From assembly GCA_040905425.1 (NCBI GenBank), contig JBBDRO010000071.1, positions 1 to 26,182 of the forward strand: a DNA stretch of 26,182 nt, given 5' to 3'. Shown here piece by piece: positions 1 to 8,967 of the stretch (within the stretch, counting starts at the first letter, position 1; every line of letters starts with the position of its first letter). The position numbers and the translations under genes are program-made. The notes below the pieces were generated by a model. The model made no database searches, was not told the origin of the DNA, and saw only the letters and a program-made list of their open reading frames with translations. The DNA comes from Gemmatimonadota bacterium. GTDB lineage: Bacteria; Gemmatimonadota; Gemmatimonadetes; Longimicrobiales; RSA9.

Positions 1-375
1 CCCGCCACGGCCGTGGTGGAGGGCGTGGCGCCGAACCCCGGCGCCAGCCTGCTCACCGTGAACGCGGTGGTGGACAACACGCTCGGCGTCCTCGTGCCGG
101 GCGGGGCCGCCACCCTCTCCCTGCCGCGGGGCGAACGCAGCGCGCTGATCATCCCCGCCGCCGCCGTGCTCCGCCAGGCGGACCTGACCGGAGTGCGCGT
201 GCGCACCCCGGACGGAGCGGAGCTCCGCTGGGTGCGCCTGGGCGCGCCGCGCCGGGACGGCATGGTGGAGGTGTTGTCGGGTCTGCGCAGCGGCGAGGTG
301 GTGCTGGTGCCGGAGGCGGGGCCCGCGCCGGGGACGCGGACGGGGGACGCGGCTTACGACGGTATGGGGAGCTGA
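1..375 (+). CDS. RND efflux periplasmic adaptor (membrane fusion protein), C-terminal part, truncated by window edge
   Basis: Frame is open from base 1 to TGA at 373-375. Typical MFP C-terminus (IIPAAAV...RWVRLG...VEVLSGLRSGEVVLV). Lies 3 nt upstream of an RND permease. Confidence 0.9.
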   Translation, partial: PATAVVEGVAPNPGASLLTVNAVVDNTLGVLVPGGAATLSLPRGERSALIIPAAAVLRQADLTGVRVRTPDGAELRWVRLGAPRRDGMVEVLSGLRSGEVVLVPEAGPAPGTRTGDAAYDGMGS

Positions 376-378
376 GCC

Positions 379-3300
379 ATGGGCATTTCAGGACGCATTG
401 CCCGGGCCTTTATCCAGTCCAAGCTGACGCCGCTGGTGACCATGGCCGCCCTCGTGGTGGGCGCCATCGGCATCGTGGCCACGCCCCGGGAGGAGGAACC
501 GCAGATCTCCGTGCCCATGATCGACGTGATCGTGGGCATGCCGGGCGCCGCGCCGGCCGAGACGGAGGCGCTGCTGGTCCGGCCGCTCGAGAAGGCCATG
601 TTCGAGATTCCCGGCGTGGACCACGTCTATGCGGTGGCCGGCGAGGGGTACGCCATGGTCACGGTGCGCTTCGAGGTGGGCGAGAGCCAGGAGGAGAGCG
701 TGGCGGAGGTGCACGCCAAGCTGGCCGCGCGTGCCGACGCGGCGCCCGCCGGCGCCATGCCCCCCGTGGTGCGGCCGCACTCCATCGACGACGTGCCGAT
801 CCTCACCCTGACGCTGCACTCCGCCGCCTACGGGGAGAGCGAGCTGCGGCAGATAGCGCTGCACCTGGAGGACGAGGTGCGCACGCTGGAGGACGTGGCC
901 GAGACCTTCGTGGTGGGCGGCGAGCCGCGCCAGCTCACCGTCACCATGGATCCCGCGCGCCTGGCCGCGCGCGGCGTCACGCCGGGCGAGGTGGCCATGG
1001 CGCTGGAGGGCGCCAACGCGCGCCTGCAGGCCGGCTCCTTTGCCACCGCCGACCGTGTCTACCGGGTGGACGTGGGCGCGCCGCTCGCCACCCCCGAGGC
1101 GGTGGGCGCCGTGGTGATCCACGCCCGGGGCGGCGCCCCGGTGCGGGTGCGCGACGTGGCCACCGTGGCGGACGGCTTCGCGGAGCGCACGCGCTACGTC
1201 TTCCACACCGGGCACGAGGGGGAGGCGGAGAGCGCCGTCACCCTGGCGGTGGCCAAGCGGAAGGGCGCGAACGCCACCGTGCTGGCCGACCGCATCCTGG
1301 AGCGGGTGGAGCAGGCGGAGGGACGTATTCTCCCCGCCGCCGTGGGCGTGGAGGTGACGCGCAACTACGGGGAGACGGCGGCGGAGAAGGCCGGCGAGCT
1401 GATCTTCCACCTGCTCGTGGCCACGCTCTCGGTGACGCTGCTGGTGGGCATCTTCCTGGGCTGGCGCGAGGCGCTCATCGTGTTGGTGGCCGTGCCGGTC
1501 ACCCTGGCCCTCACGCTCTTCGTGTACTACGCGTTCGGCTACACGCTGAACCGCATCACGCTCTTCGCGCTCATCTTCTCCATCGGCATCCTCGTGGATG
1601 ACGCCATCGTGGTGGTGGAAAACATCTACCGCCATCTGAAGATGCGCGACCGGCCCCCGGCCGTGGCCGCCGTGGAGGCGGTGGACGAAGTGGGCAACCC
1701 CACCATCCTGGCCACCTTCACGGTGATCGCGGCCATTCTGCCGATGGCCGTGGTGTCCGGCATGATGGGGCCCTACATGCGGCCCATTCCGGTGGGGGCC
1801 TCGGTGGCCATGCTGGCCAGCCTGGGGGTGGCCTTCATCGTCACCCCGTGGCTGGCCTTCAAGCTGCTCCGCGGCCACGTGGGGGAGGAGCGCCGTCCGC
1901 ACGACCGGGCGCACGAACCGGAGGAGAGCGGGCGCTTCGCGCGCATCTATCACCGGCTGATGGATCCGCTGCTGGACCGGCGCGGACTGCGCATGGCCAT
2001 CTACGGCGGCGTGGTCGGCCTGCTGCTGGTGTCGGTGGGCCTGGTGCTGGTCAAGGCGGTGCAGGTGAAGATGCTGCCCTTCGACAACAAGTCCGAGTTC
2101 CAGGTCATCCTGGACTTCCCGGAGGGCACCACGCTGGAGACCAGCGCCGCGGCGGCGCAGCACGTGGCCGCCTACCTGCGCGGCGTGCCGGAGGTGGAGT
2201 CCACGCAGGTCTACGCGGGGACGGCCGCGCCCTTCAACTTCAACGGCCTGGTACGCCACTACTTCATGCGCAGCGGCCCGAACGTGGCCGACGTGCAGGT
2301 GAACCTCGCGCCGAAGCATGACCGGGACCGGCAGAGCCACGCCATCGCCGTGGCGGCGCGACCGGGTGTGGACTCGGTGGCGCGCATGTACGGCGCCCGC
2401 GCCAAGGTGGCGGAGATCCCGCCGGGTCCGCCGGTCCTCTCCACCCTGGTGGCCGAGGTGTACGGGCCCGACGAGGCCACGCGCATGGCCACCGCCACAC
2501 AGGTCATGGAGATCTTCGAAACCACGCCCGGCGTGGTGGACGTGGACTGGACGGTGGAGGCCGGAGAGGCCATGCACACCTTCCGGGTGGACCGGGCGCA
2601 GGCCGCCCGCGCGGGCGCCAACGTGGAGCAGCTCGCGCAGACGCTCTACCTGGCGCTCTCGGGGCACGCCACGGGGATCGCCTCCTCCGCCACGGCCCGC
2701 GAAGGCGTGCGCATCGTGCCCCGCCTGAGCCTGGCCGACCGCTCCGGGGTGGACGCCCTGCTGGCCGTGCCGGTGGCCACCGCCACCGGTCCGCAGCCGC
2801 TCGGCCGCTTCATCCACGTGGAGACGGCCCCCCGTCCGGGCAGCCGACACCGTCGTGACCTGCGACCCCTGGTGTACGTGACGGCGGACGTGGCGGGCCA
2901 GGTGGAATCGCCCGTCTACGCCATCCTGGACATGAACGAGCGCCTGGCCGAGGCCGGCATCGGCGTGTACAACGCCCGCCAGCCCGCCACACTCGACGAG
3001 ACAGCCATCAAATGGGACGGCGAGTGGCAGGTCACCATCGAGGTCTTCCGCGATCTGGGCCTGGCCTTCGCGGTGGTGCTGCTGCTCATCTACGTGCTGG
3101 TGGTGGGCTGGTTCCAGTCATTCACTGTGCCGCTGGTCATCATGGCGCCCATCCCCCTGACGCTCATCGGCATCCTCCCCGGGCACGCCATCTCGGGCGC
3201 GTTCTTCACGGCCACCAGCATGATCGGCATGATCGCGCTGGCGGGCATCATCGTGCGCAATTCCATCCTGCTGGTGGACTTCATCCAGCTGGCGCAGGAG

Positions 3301-3615
3301 CGTGGCCGGACGCTGCGCGAGGCGGTGCTGGAGGCGGGAGCGGTGCGCTTCCGCCCGATCGCCCTGACGGCGGCCGCCGTGGTGGTGGGCGGCGGCGTGA
3401 TGGTGCTCGACCCGATCTTCCAGGGCCTGGCCGTGGCGCTCATGAGCGGGGCCGTGGTGGCCACGCTCCTCACCATGATCGTGGTCCCGCTGCTTTACTG
3501 GGAGCTGGCGGGCGGACACGACACCCCCTCACCCGAGATCCCGGAGAGCGGCCATGAAGATGCTGCTGATCGTATACGCGGGCGCGAACCCGAGCCGCAT
3601 CCCGCTGGTGCTTGA
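379..3615 (+). CDS. RND efflux transporter permease subunit (AcrB/AcrD/AcrF family)
   Basis: 1078 aa with two large periplasmic loops and two hydrophobic TM bundles. RND motifs GILVDDAIVVVEN (TM4), GIIVRNSILLVD (TM10) and RFRPIALT (TM11). Confidence 0.97.
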   Translation: MGISGRIARAFIQSKLTPLVTMAALVVGAIGIVATPREEEPQISVPMIDVIVGMPGAAPAETEALLVRPLEKAMFEIPGVDHVYAVAGEGYAMVTVRFEVGESQEESVAEVHAKLAARADAAPAGAMPPVVRPHSIDDVPILTLTLHSAAYGESELRQIALHLEDEVRTLEDVAETFVVGGEPRQLTVTMDPARLAARGVTPGEVAMALEGANARLQAGSFATADRVYRVDVGAPLATPEAVGAVVIHARGGAPVRVRDVATVADGFAERTRYVFHTGHEGEAESAVTLAVAKRKGANATVLADRILERVEQAEGRILPAAVGVEVTRNYGETAAEKAGELIFHLLVATLSVTLLVGIFLGWREALIVLVAVPVTLALTLFVYYAFGYTLNRITLFALIFSIGILVDDAIVVVENIYRHLKMRDRPPAVAAVEAVDEVGNPTILATFTVIAAILPMAVVSGMMGPYMRPIPVGASVAMLASLGVAFIVTPWLAFKLLRGHVGEERRPHDRAHEPEESGRFARIYHRLMDPLLDRRGLRMAIYGGVVGLLLVSVGLVLVKAVQVKMLPFDNKSEFQVILDFPEGTTLETSAAAAQHVAAYLRGVPEVESTQVYAGTAAPFNFNGLVRHYFMRSGPNVADVQVNLAPKHDRDRQSHAIAVAARPGVDSVARMYGARAKVAEIPPGPPVLSTLVAEVYGPDEATRMATATQVMEIFETTPGVVDVDWTVEAGEAMHTFRVDRAQAARAGANVEQLAQTLYLALSGHATGIASSATAREGVRIVPRLSLADRSGVDALLAVPVATATGPQPLGRFIHVETAPRPGSRHRRDLRPLVYVTADVAGQVESPVYAILDMNERLAEAGIGVYNARQPATLDETAIKWDGEWQVTIEVFRDLGLAFAVVLLLIYVLVVGWFQSFTVPLVIMAPIPLTLIGILPGHAISGAFFTATSMIGMIALAGIIVRNSILLVDFIQLAQERGRTLREAVLEAGAVRFRPIALTAAAVVVGGGVMVLDPIFQGLAVALMSGAVVATLLTMIVVPLLYWELAGGHDTPSPEIPESGHEDAADRIRGREPEPHPAGA

Positions 3616-3844
3616 GCGCCACCGGGTGGACGGCTGGACGGAGCTGGACCACGCCCACGGCGCGGGCCAGAGCGGTCGGCGCAAGGGCACCCGCGCCTGG
3701 CCCGGGGACGCCTCCCTCTACTTCACCGCCGTGGAGGCGGAGCGCGTGCCTGAACTGGCGGACGCGCTGCGTGCCGAACGGGACCAGTTGCCCGAGGGCG
3801 AGAGCCTGCGGGTGATCGTCATGCCCGTGGATTCATTCATCTGA
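3554..3844 (+). CDS. small PII-like transporter-associated protein (PG0541-like)
   Basis: 96 aa starting MKMLLIV, with GWT...GAGQSG...GTRAWPG loop and C-terminal RVIVMPV, which fits a PII-like fold. GGAGAG upstream. Overlaps the permease 3' end by 62 nt. Confidence 0.75.
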   Translation: MKMLLIVYAGANPSRIPLVLERHRVDGWTELDHAHGAGQSGRRKGTRAWPGDASLYFTAVEAERVPELADALRAERDQLPEGESLRVIVMPVDSFI

Positions 3845-3856
3845 GGAGAGACACCC

Positions 3857-4078
3857 ATGCCCCTGCACTACAAGATCCGCCTCATCGCCGGCCTGTTCAT
3901 CCTGGCATCCCTGGCGCTGGGCTGGTGGGTCCACCCCGCCTGGTTTCTGTTCACGGCCTTCGTGGGCGTGAACCTGGTTCAGTCGTCGCTCACCCGCTGG
4001 TGCCTGATGGAGGACATCCTGCGCTGGACGGGGATCCACCGGGAGGGGCCCGACGTGGAGAAGGCGCCGATCCTCTAG
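3857..4078 (+). CDS. DUF2892 / YgaP-like small membrane protein
   Basis: 73 aa with two TM segments and the pattern IRLIAG...[21 protein letters not shown]. Strong RBS GAGGAG. Confidence 0.9.
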   Translation: MPLHYKIRLIAGLFILASLALGWWVHPAWFLFTAFVGVNLVQSSLTRWCLMEDILRWTGIHREGPDVEKAPIL

Positions 4079-5433
4079 ACCGATGGGGGCGGGTGCATGG
4101 CGCGCAGCCGCCCTTCCCTGGCCCAGTCCTCCGCCCGTAGCCAGCCGCGCAGCGCCTGCGCCATACCCATGCGTACGGGCTCGGGCGGCCAGGGTATCAG
4201 CGTGCGGTCCACGAAGGGTCCGGCGGTGAGCTCGGTGACCCGTTCCAGCACCATGTCCCGCAGCGTCTGCGCGTTCAGATGCGTCATGGACACGCCGTGG
4301 CCGATGCACCCCAGGGAGTAGACCGCCCGCCGGTCCCCGAGCCAGCCCATGGCTGGCACCATGTCCATGGTGACGGAGAAGGGTCCGCCCCACCGGTGCG
4401 TGATGGCCACCTCTGCCAGCGTGGGAAAGGTGAGCCGGAAGTGGCGCTCCACTTCGTCCCATGCCACCGGACTCTCGTCCATGTCCAGGCTGTTCCCCCA
4501 GGTGACGCCCACCGGGCCGCCGCCCATGGTGATGCGGTTGTCCGCCGTCAGCCGGTAGTGGTGGATGAGATTGCGCGCGTCCTCGATGCCTTCCCTGCCC
4601 GCCCAGCCCACCGTGGCCAGTTGCTCCGCCGTCAGGGGCTCCGTGGCCAGCATGTGCGTGAAGGCGGGGACCTGCTTGCGGCGGATGCTCGGAAAGAGGT
4701 GCGAGTAGGCATTGGTGGCCAGCACCAGCCGCTCCGCGCGCAGCGTGCCGCCGGCCGTGCGCAGTTCGAAGTCCCCGTTGCGCCGGATGGCATCCACGGG
4801 CGAGTTCTCGAAGACCTCCGCGCCGTAGCGGCGTGCCAGCTCCGCCTCGGCGCGCACCAGCTTGAGCGGATGCACGAGGACCAGGCGCGGCTCCCACATG
4901 GCGCCCAGATGCAGCGGTGAGTCCACCCGCGCGCGCGTTTCCCGCTCGTCCAGGAGGTGGATGTCATCGAAGCCCAGGCTGTTCATGAGTTCCACCTCCG
5001 ACCGGATCCGCTTCAGGTACGCCGGGGTGGTGGCCACCCGCAGGAAGCCGGGCCGGATCACGTCGGCGTCCAGCCGCTCCCGCTCGGCCAGCTCCCACAA
5101 CTCGTCCACGGCTCGCATCATGTAGCGGTGCGCGTGCACGAGAAAGCTCTTGCCCTTGACCAGGGCCGTGCCCTTGAAGCCCAGCCCCACCACGGTCATG
5201 GCAAAGGAGCCGTTGCGCCCGCTCGAGCCGTAGCCGATCTCCCGGGCCTCCAGGACCGCCACCCGGAGCGACGGGTCCGCCCGCCGCAGCTCGTAGGCGG
5301 TCATGAGACCGGTGAAGCCGCCGCCCACGATGGCCACGTCCGCGCGGTGGTCCCCCCGCAGGGCGCTGCCGGCCTTCCACGGCGGCGCCGTGTCCAGCCA
5401 CATGGAGCGAACCGGCGGCGGCAGGGTATGCAT
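4075..5433 (-). CDS. FAD-dependent oxidoreductase (DadA/PuuB-like amine or amino-acid oxidase family)
   Basis: Rossmann motif [28 protein letters not shown] and C-terminal GCIGHGV. Start set at ATG 5433 (MHTLPP), preceded by AGGAG. The longer ORF to 6294 is not credible. Confidence 0.9.
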   Translation of the reverse strand: MHTLPPPVRSMWLDTAPPWKAGSALRGDHRADVAIVGGGFTGLMTAYELRRADPSLRVAVLEAREIGYGSSGRNGSFAMTVVGLGFKGTALVKGKSFLVHAHRYMMRAVDELWELAERERLDADVIRPGFLRVATTPAYLKRIRSEVELMNSLGFDDIHLLDERETRARVDSPLHLGAMWEPRLVLVHPLKLVRAEAELARRYGAEVFENSPVDAIRRNGDFELRTAGGTLRAERLVLATNAYSHLFPSIRRKQVPAFTHMLATEPLTAEQLATVGWAGREGIEDARNLIHHYRLTADNRITMGGGPVGVTWGNSLDMDESPVAWDEVERHFRLTFPTLAEVAITHRWGGPFSVTMDMVPAMGWLGDRRAVYSLGCIGHGVSMTHLNAQTLRDMVLERVTELTAGPFVDRTLIPWPPEPVRMGMAQALRGWLRAEDWAREGRLRAMHPPPSV

Positions 5434-5614
5434 GATGACTCTCCTGGCGTGGGTGGAATGCGCCATGGTACGCTTCGGCGCGTCGGCCGGCTGTCGGGAG
5501 CCGGTGGAAATTGCGGGGGGAGACCCCCTACACTGGCAGGCCGTCAGCCCTTCGGGCACAGTGGCGCGGAGCATGCAGCCGGCTCTGCGAACGGCCGTGG
5601 CCACGTGTGCCGGG

Positions 5615-5643
5615 TTGTCTGGAATCGCGAGGAGGCTTATCTT
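5615..5643 (+). promoter_or_regulatory. putative sigma70-type promoter for the nitronate monooxygenase gene
   Basis: TTGTCT-N17-TATCTT, about 50 nt upstream of ATG 5695. Confidence 0.5.
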
Positions 5644-5694
5644 GCCGGGCCATCCCTTTCGCCGTACTCCGACCTCGTTAACGGACGGAAACAC

Positions 5695-7203
5695 ATGACG
5701 CCTACAGATGCCCTGCCTCTGATCATTCAGGGCGGCATGGGGATCGGTGTCTCGAACTGGATCCTGGCGCGCAGTGTCTCCATGGAGGGGCATCTGGGCG
5801 TCGTGTCGGGCACCTGCATGGATTCGCTCATGGTGCGCCGGCTGCAGGACGGAGACGTCGGCGGCCACATTCGCCGTGCGCTGGACGCGTTCCCCCGCCG
5901 GGACGTGGCCGGGGACGTGCTGCGCAAGTACTTCCGCCCCGAGGGCAAGGCCCCCGACGAGCCGTACGCGCTGCTGTCCATGTACCGCCAGGTGGTGAAC
6001 AAGGCCCGCGAGCAGGTCACCATCATGTCCAATTTCGTGGAAGTGCAGCTGGCCAAAGAGGGGCACGACGGTGTGGTGGGGATCAACCTCCTCACCAAGG
6101 TCCAGATGCCCAACCTGGCGTCCCTCTACGGCGCCATGGTGGCGGGCGTGGACTACGTGCTCATGGGGGCCGGCATCCCCAAGGACATCCCCGGCGTGCT
6201 GGACGCGTTCGCCGAGGGCAAGCCCGCCACCATCAAGTTCGAGGTGGAGCACGGAGACGGGACCGAGGAGCTGGCCTTCGATCCGCGCGATCACTGGGAG
6301 GGCGAGGCCCCCAAGCTGAAGCGCCCCCGCTTCCTGCCCATCATCTCAGCCGACTCGCTGGCCCGCATGCTCCTGAAGAAGGCCAACGGCAAGGTGGACG
6401 GCTTCATCATCGAGGCGCCCACGGCCGGCGGTCACAACGCGCCGCCGCGCGGCAAGCCCGAGTTCAACGAGCGTGGCGAGCCGGTGTACGGCGAGCGCGA
6501 CGAGTGTGACCTGGAGCGGATGCGGGAGCTCGGCCTGCCCTTCTGGCTGGCGGGTGGCTCGGGGTCCCCGGAAAAGCTGGTGGAGGCGCTGGATGCCGGC
6601 GCGGCCGGCGTGCAGGTGGGGACGCTCTTCGCCTATACCGACGAGGCCGGCATCGCGCGCAGCTACAAGGATCACGTCCTGCGCCAGGCGGCCGCGGGCG
6701 GTGAGGTGGACGTCTATACCGACGCCCGCGCCTCTCCCACCGGCTTCCCGTTCAAGGTGGTGCAGCTCGAGGGGAGCAACGCCTCCCGCAAGCCGTACCT
6801 GGCGCGGCAGCGCGTCTGTGACCTGGGCTACCTGCGCAAGGCGTACAAGCGTGAGGACGGGCGCATCGACTACCGCTGCCCGGCCGAGCCCGTGGACACC
6901 TACGTCAAGAAGGGCGGCCGCAAGGAGGACACGGCCGGGCGGAAGTGCCTGTGCAACGCGCTGATGGCCGATATCGGCCACGCGCAGGTACAGCGCAACG
7001 GGGACGTCGAGCGCCCCATCCTGACCAGCGGCGACGACCTCAAGAACCTGTCCACGTTCCTGCGTGGCCGCCTCCGCTACTCCGCGCGGGACGTGCTCGA
7101 CTACCTGCTCGATGGTGTGCGGGTGCGCCGCAACGGCGGACCCGCCACGGCCGAGCAGAGCGCGCCCACCTACCTCAACCGTAGGACCGCCGCGGCACGC
7201 TGA
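5695..7203 (+). CDS. nitronate monooxygenase family FMN-dependent oxidoreductase (FabK/FabX-like), with Cys-rich C-terminal region
   Basis: N-terminal [34 protein letters not shown] and GVQVGTLF. Start at ATG 5695. Confidence 0.9.
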   Translation: MTPTDALPLIIQGGMGIGVSNWILARSVSMEGHLGVVSGTCMDSLMVRRLQDGDVGGHIRRALDAFPRRDVAGDVLRKYFRPEGKAPDEPYALLSMYRQVVNKAREQVTIMSNFVEVQLAKEGHDGVVGINLLTKVQMPNLASLYGAMVAGVDYVLMGAGIPKDIPGVLDAFAEGKPATIKFEVEHGDGTEELAFDPRDHWEGEAPKLKRPRFLPIISADSLARMLLKKANGKVDGFIIEAPTAGGHNAPPRGKPEFNERGEPVYGERDECDLERMRELGLPFWLAGGSGSPEKLVEALDAGAAGVQVGTLFAYTDEAGIARSYKDHVLRQAAAGGEVDVYTDARASPTGFPFKVVQLEGSNASRKPYLARQRVCDLGYLRKAYKREDGRIDYRCPAEPVDTYVKKGGRKEDTAGRKCLCNALMADIGHAQVQRNGDVERPILTSGDDLKNLSTFLRGRLRYSARDVLDYLLDGVRVRRNGGPATAEQSAPTYLNRRTAAAR

Positions 7204-7312
7204 GCCAAGCCGGGCCACGCTGCGCCTGCCGCTTGTGGGACCGCCGCAGGCCGGCTAGCCTTTCCGCACCCAGGTGGTCCACCCCGCGCTCCGGGGTCCA
7301 ACCGTGATGGCC

Positions 7313-8866
7313 ATGAAAATACACCGCCGCTGGTGCACGGTCCTCCTCCTCCTCGCGCCTCTCCTGCTGGAGGCGCCCCCCGCGGCCGCTCGGCAGGCCG
7401 ACGTGGCGGCGCTCGACGCCTACATCGCGCGGGCCCGCCAGGACTGGCAGGTGCCGGGACTGGCGGTGGCCATCGTCAAGGACGGCCGCACGGTGCTGGC
7501 GCGCGGTTACGGCGAGCGCCACATGAGCGAGCGCGGCGCCGTGGACGAGCACACGCTCTTTGCCATTGCCTCCAACTCCAAGGCCTTCACCAGCGCGCTG
7601 CTGGCCATGCTGGTGGACGAGGGCGCGCTCTCCTGGGATGACCGGGTGCGGGACCACCTGCCCTGGTTCCAGCTCTACGATCCCTACGTGAGCAGCCAGA
7701 TGCGCATCCGCGATCTGCTCTCGCACCGGAGCGGCCTCGGCACCTTCAGCGGGGACCTGCTCTGGTACGGCACGCCCTACTCGGCCGAGGAAGTGGTGCG
7801 CCGGGCCCGCCACCTGCCGCCGGCGGATGCGTTCCGGGCCAGCTACGGCTACTCCAACCTCATGTTCATCGCGGCGGGGGAGGTCATCCGCGCGGTGACC
7901 GGCCAGCCGTGGCCGGAGGCCGTGCGCGCCCGCATCCTGGACCCGCTGGACATGGCACGCACGGTGACGTCCACGGACCATCTCCGGAACCGGGACAACG
8001 TGGCGCAGCCGCACGGGCTCTGGGACGGCCAGCTGGTGCCCTTCCCATGGCAGAACTGGGACGCCATGGCCGCCGCCGGCGGCATCATTTCCAGCGTGAG
8101 TGAGATGGCCGAGTGGCTGAAGACGCAGCTGGCGCGCGGCGCCACGCCGGCGGGGGACACGCTCTGGACGGAGCGGCAGTCGTGGACCATGTGGGAGGTG
8201 CACACCCCCCTGGCGGTGAGCGCCGGCACACAGCGCCTCTACCCGTCCACGCACTTCCGCGGCTATGGTCTGGGCTGGAGCCTGAACGACTACCTGGGCC
8301 GCAAGCTGGTCTCCCACGGCGGCGGCTACGACGGCATGTACAGCCGCGTGGTGCTGGTGCCGGAGGAGGGGCTGGGCATGGTCATCCTCACCAACAGCAT
8401 GACCGGCATCAGCACGGCCATCGCCAACCGCATCGTGGACGCCTACCTGGGCGGTGCGGCGCGGGACTGGAGCACGCTCCTGCTCGACCGCGAACGGGAG
8501 GCCACGGCGGCGGAGGCGGCGCGGCGCGCCAAGGTGATCGAGCGCACGGTGGCCGGCACCGCGCCGTCGCTTACCCTGGAGGCCTACGCGGGCACCTACG
8601 GCGGCGCCATGTACGGTGACGCCACGGTGGCCCTCGAGGACGGCGCCCTGGTGCTCCGCATCCTGCCCAACCCCGAACTGGTGGCCGACCTGCGCCACCT
8701 GCAATTCGACACCTTCGTCATCGAGTGGCGCCGGCCGTGGCCGTGGTTCGGCGCGGGCGTGGCCCAGTTCGTCCTGGACCCCGCGGGCCAGGTGAGGGAG
8801 ATGCGCCTGGACGTGCCGAATCAGGACCTGTGGTTCCACGAGCTGGAGATGACGCGCAGGCGTTAA
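7313..8866 (+). CDS. secreted serine hydrolase (beta-lactamase/AmpC-like family) with DUF3471-type C-terminal domain
   Basis: Signal peptide (MKIHRR...LLLLAPLLL...AAA), SxxK motif (ASNSKAF), LLSHRSG, YSN and HGGG. C-terminal LEAYAGTY...YG. Start could also be 7307. Confidence 0.92.
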   Translation: MKIHRRWCTVLLLLAPLLLEAPPAAARQADVAALDAYIARARQDWQVPGLAVAIVKDGRTVLARGYGERHMSERGAVDEHTLFAIASNSKAFTSALLAMLVDEGALSWDDRVRDHLPWFQLYDPYVSSQMRIRDLLSHRSGLGTFSGDLLWYGTPYSAEEVVRRARHLPPADAFRASYGYSNLMFIAAGEVIRAVTGQPWPEAVRARILDPLDMARTVTSTDHLRNRDNVAQPHGLWDGQLVPFPWQNWDAMAAAGGIISSVSEMAEWLKTQLARGATPAGDTLWTERQSWTMWEVHTPLAVSAGTQRLYPSTHFRGYGLGWSLNDYLGRKLVSHGGGYDGMYSRVVLVPEEGLGMVILTNSMTGISTAIANRIVDAYLGGAARDWSTLLLDREREATAAEAARRAKVIERTVAGTAPSLTLEAYAGTYGGAMYGDATVALEDGALVLRILPNPELVADLRHLQFDTFVIEWRRPWPWFGAGVAQFVLDPAGQVREMRLDVPNQDLWFHELEMTRRR

Positions 8867-8874
8867 GCCGCGAC

Positions 8875-8945
8875 GCCGCGCACGCGCCACGCACGACGCC
8901 CCGGGGCGGCCATGCCACCCCGGGGCGTCTCATCACGTGCGCGGC
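8875..8945. terminator. extended inverted repeat between convergent genes (probable bidirectional terminator)
   Basis: Inner stem GACGCCCCGGGG (8895-8906) / CCCCGGGGCGTC (8918-8929). Outer stem GCCGCGCACG (8875-8884) / CGTGCGCGGC (8936-8945). No U-tract. Confidence 0.6.
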
Positions 8946-8967
8946 TCATCACCGTCGGGCGTGGGCC

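Noticed and set aside
388..2850. 820-aa antisense ORF opposite the RND permease (similar cases: 7175-8890, 9355-10314, 15074-16411, 20175-22424)
   Set aside because: Shadow ORFs of strongly GC3-biased genes, with His/Arg/Gly-rich translations and no recognisable motifs.
4075..4078. Convergent stop codons sharing CTAG
   Set aside because: A common compact arrangement with no evidence of special function.
5530..5610. NiCo or fluoride riboswitch call
   Set aside because: Core consensus segments are missing, the neighbouring genes are not metal or fluoride transporters, and the predicted NMO promoter lies downstream of the element.
4957..6294. Mutually overlapping N-terminal extensions of the FAD oxidoreductase (to 6294) and NMO (from 4957) ORFs
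   Set aside because: Family motifs begin only after ATG 5433 and ATG 5695, which have an RBS or promoter. The extensions reflect stop-codon scarcity at high GC.
7313..8866. Antibiotic-resistance beta-lactamase call
   Set aside because: The SxxK/YxN/HxG motifs plus DUF3471 fit the broad serine-hydrolase/peptidase family and do not show beta-lactamase activity.
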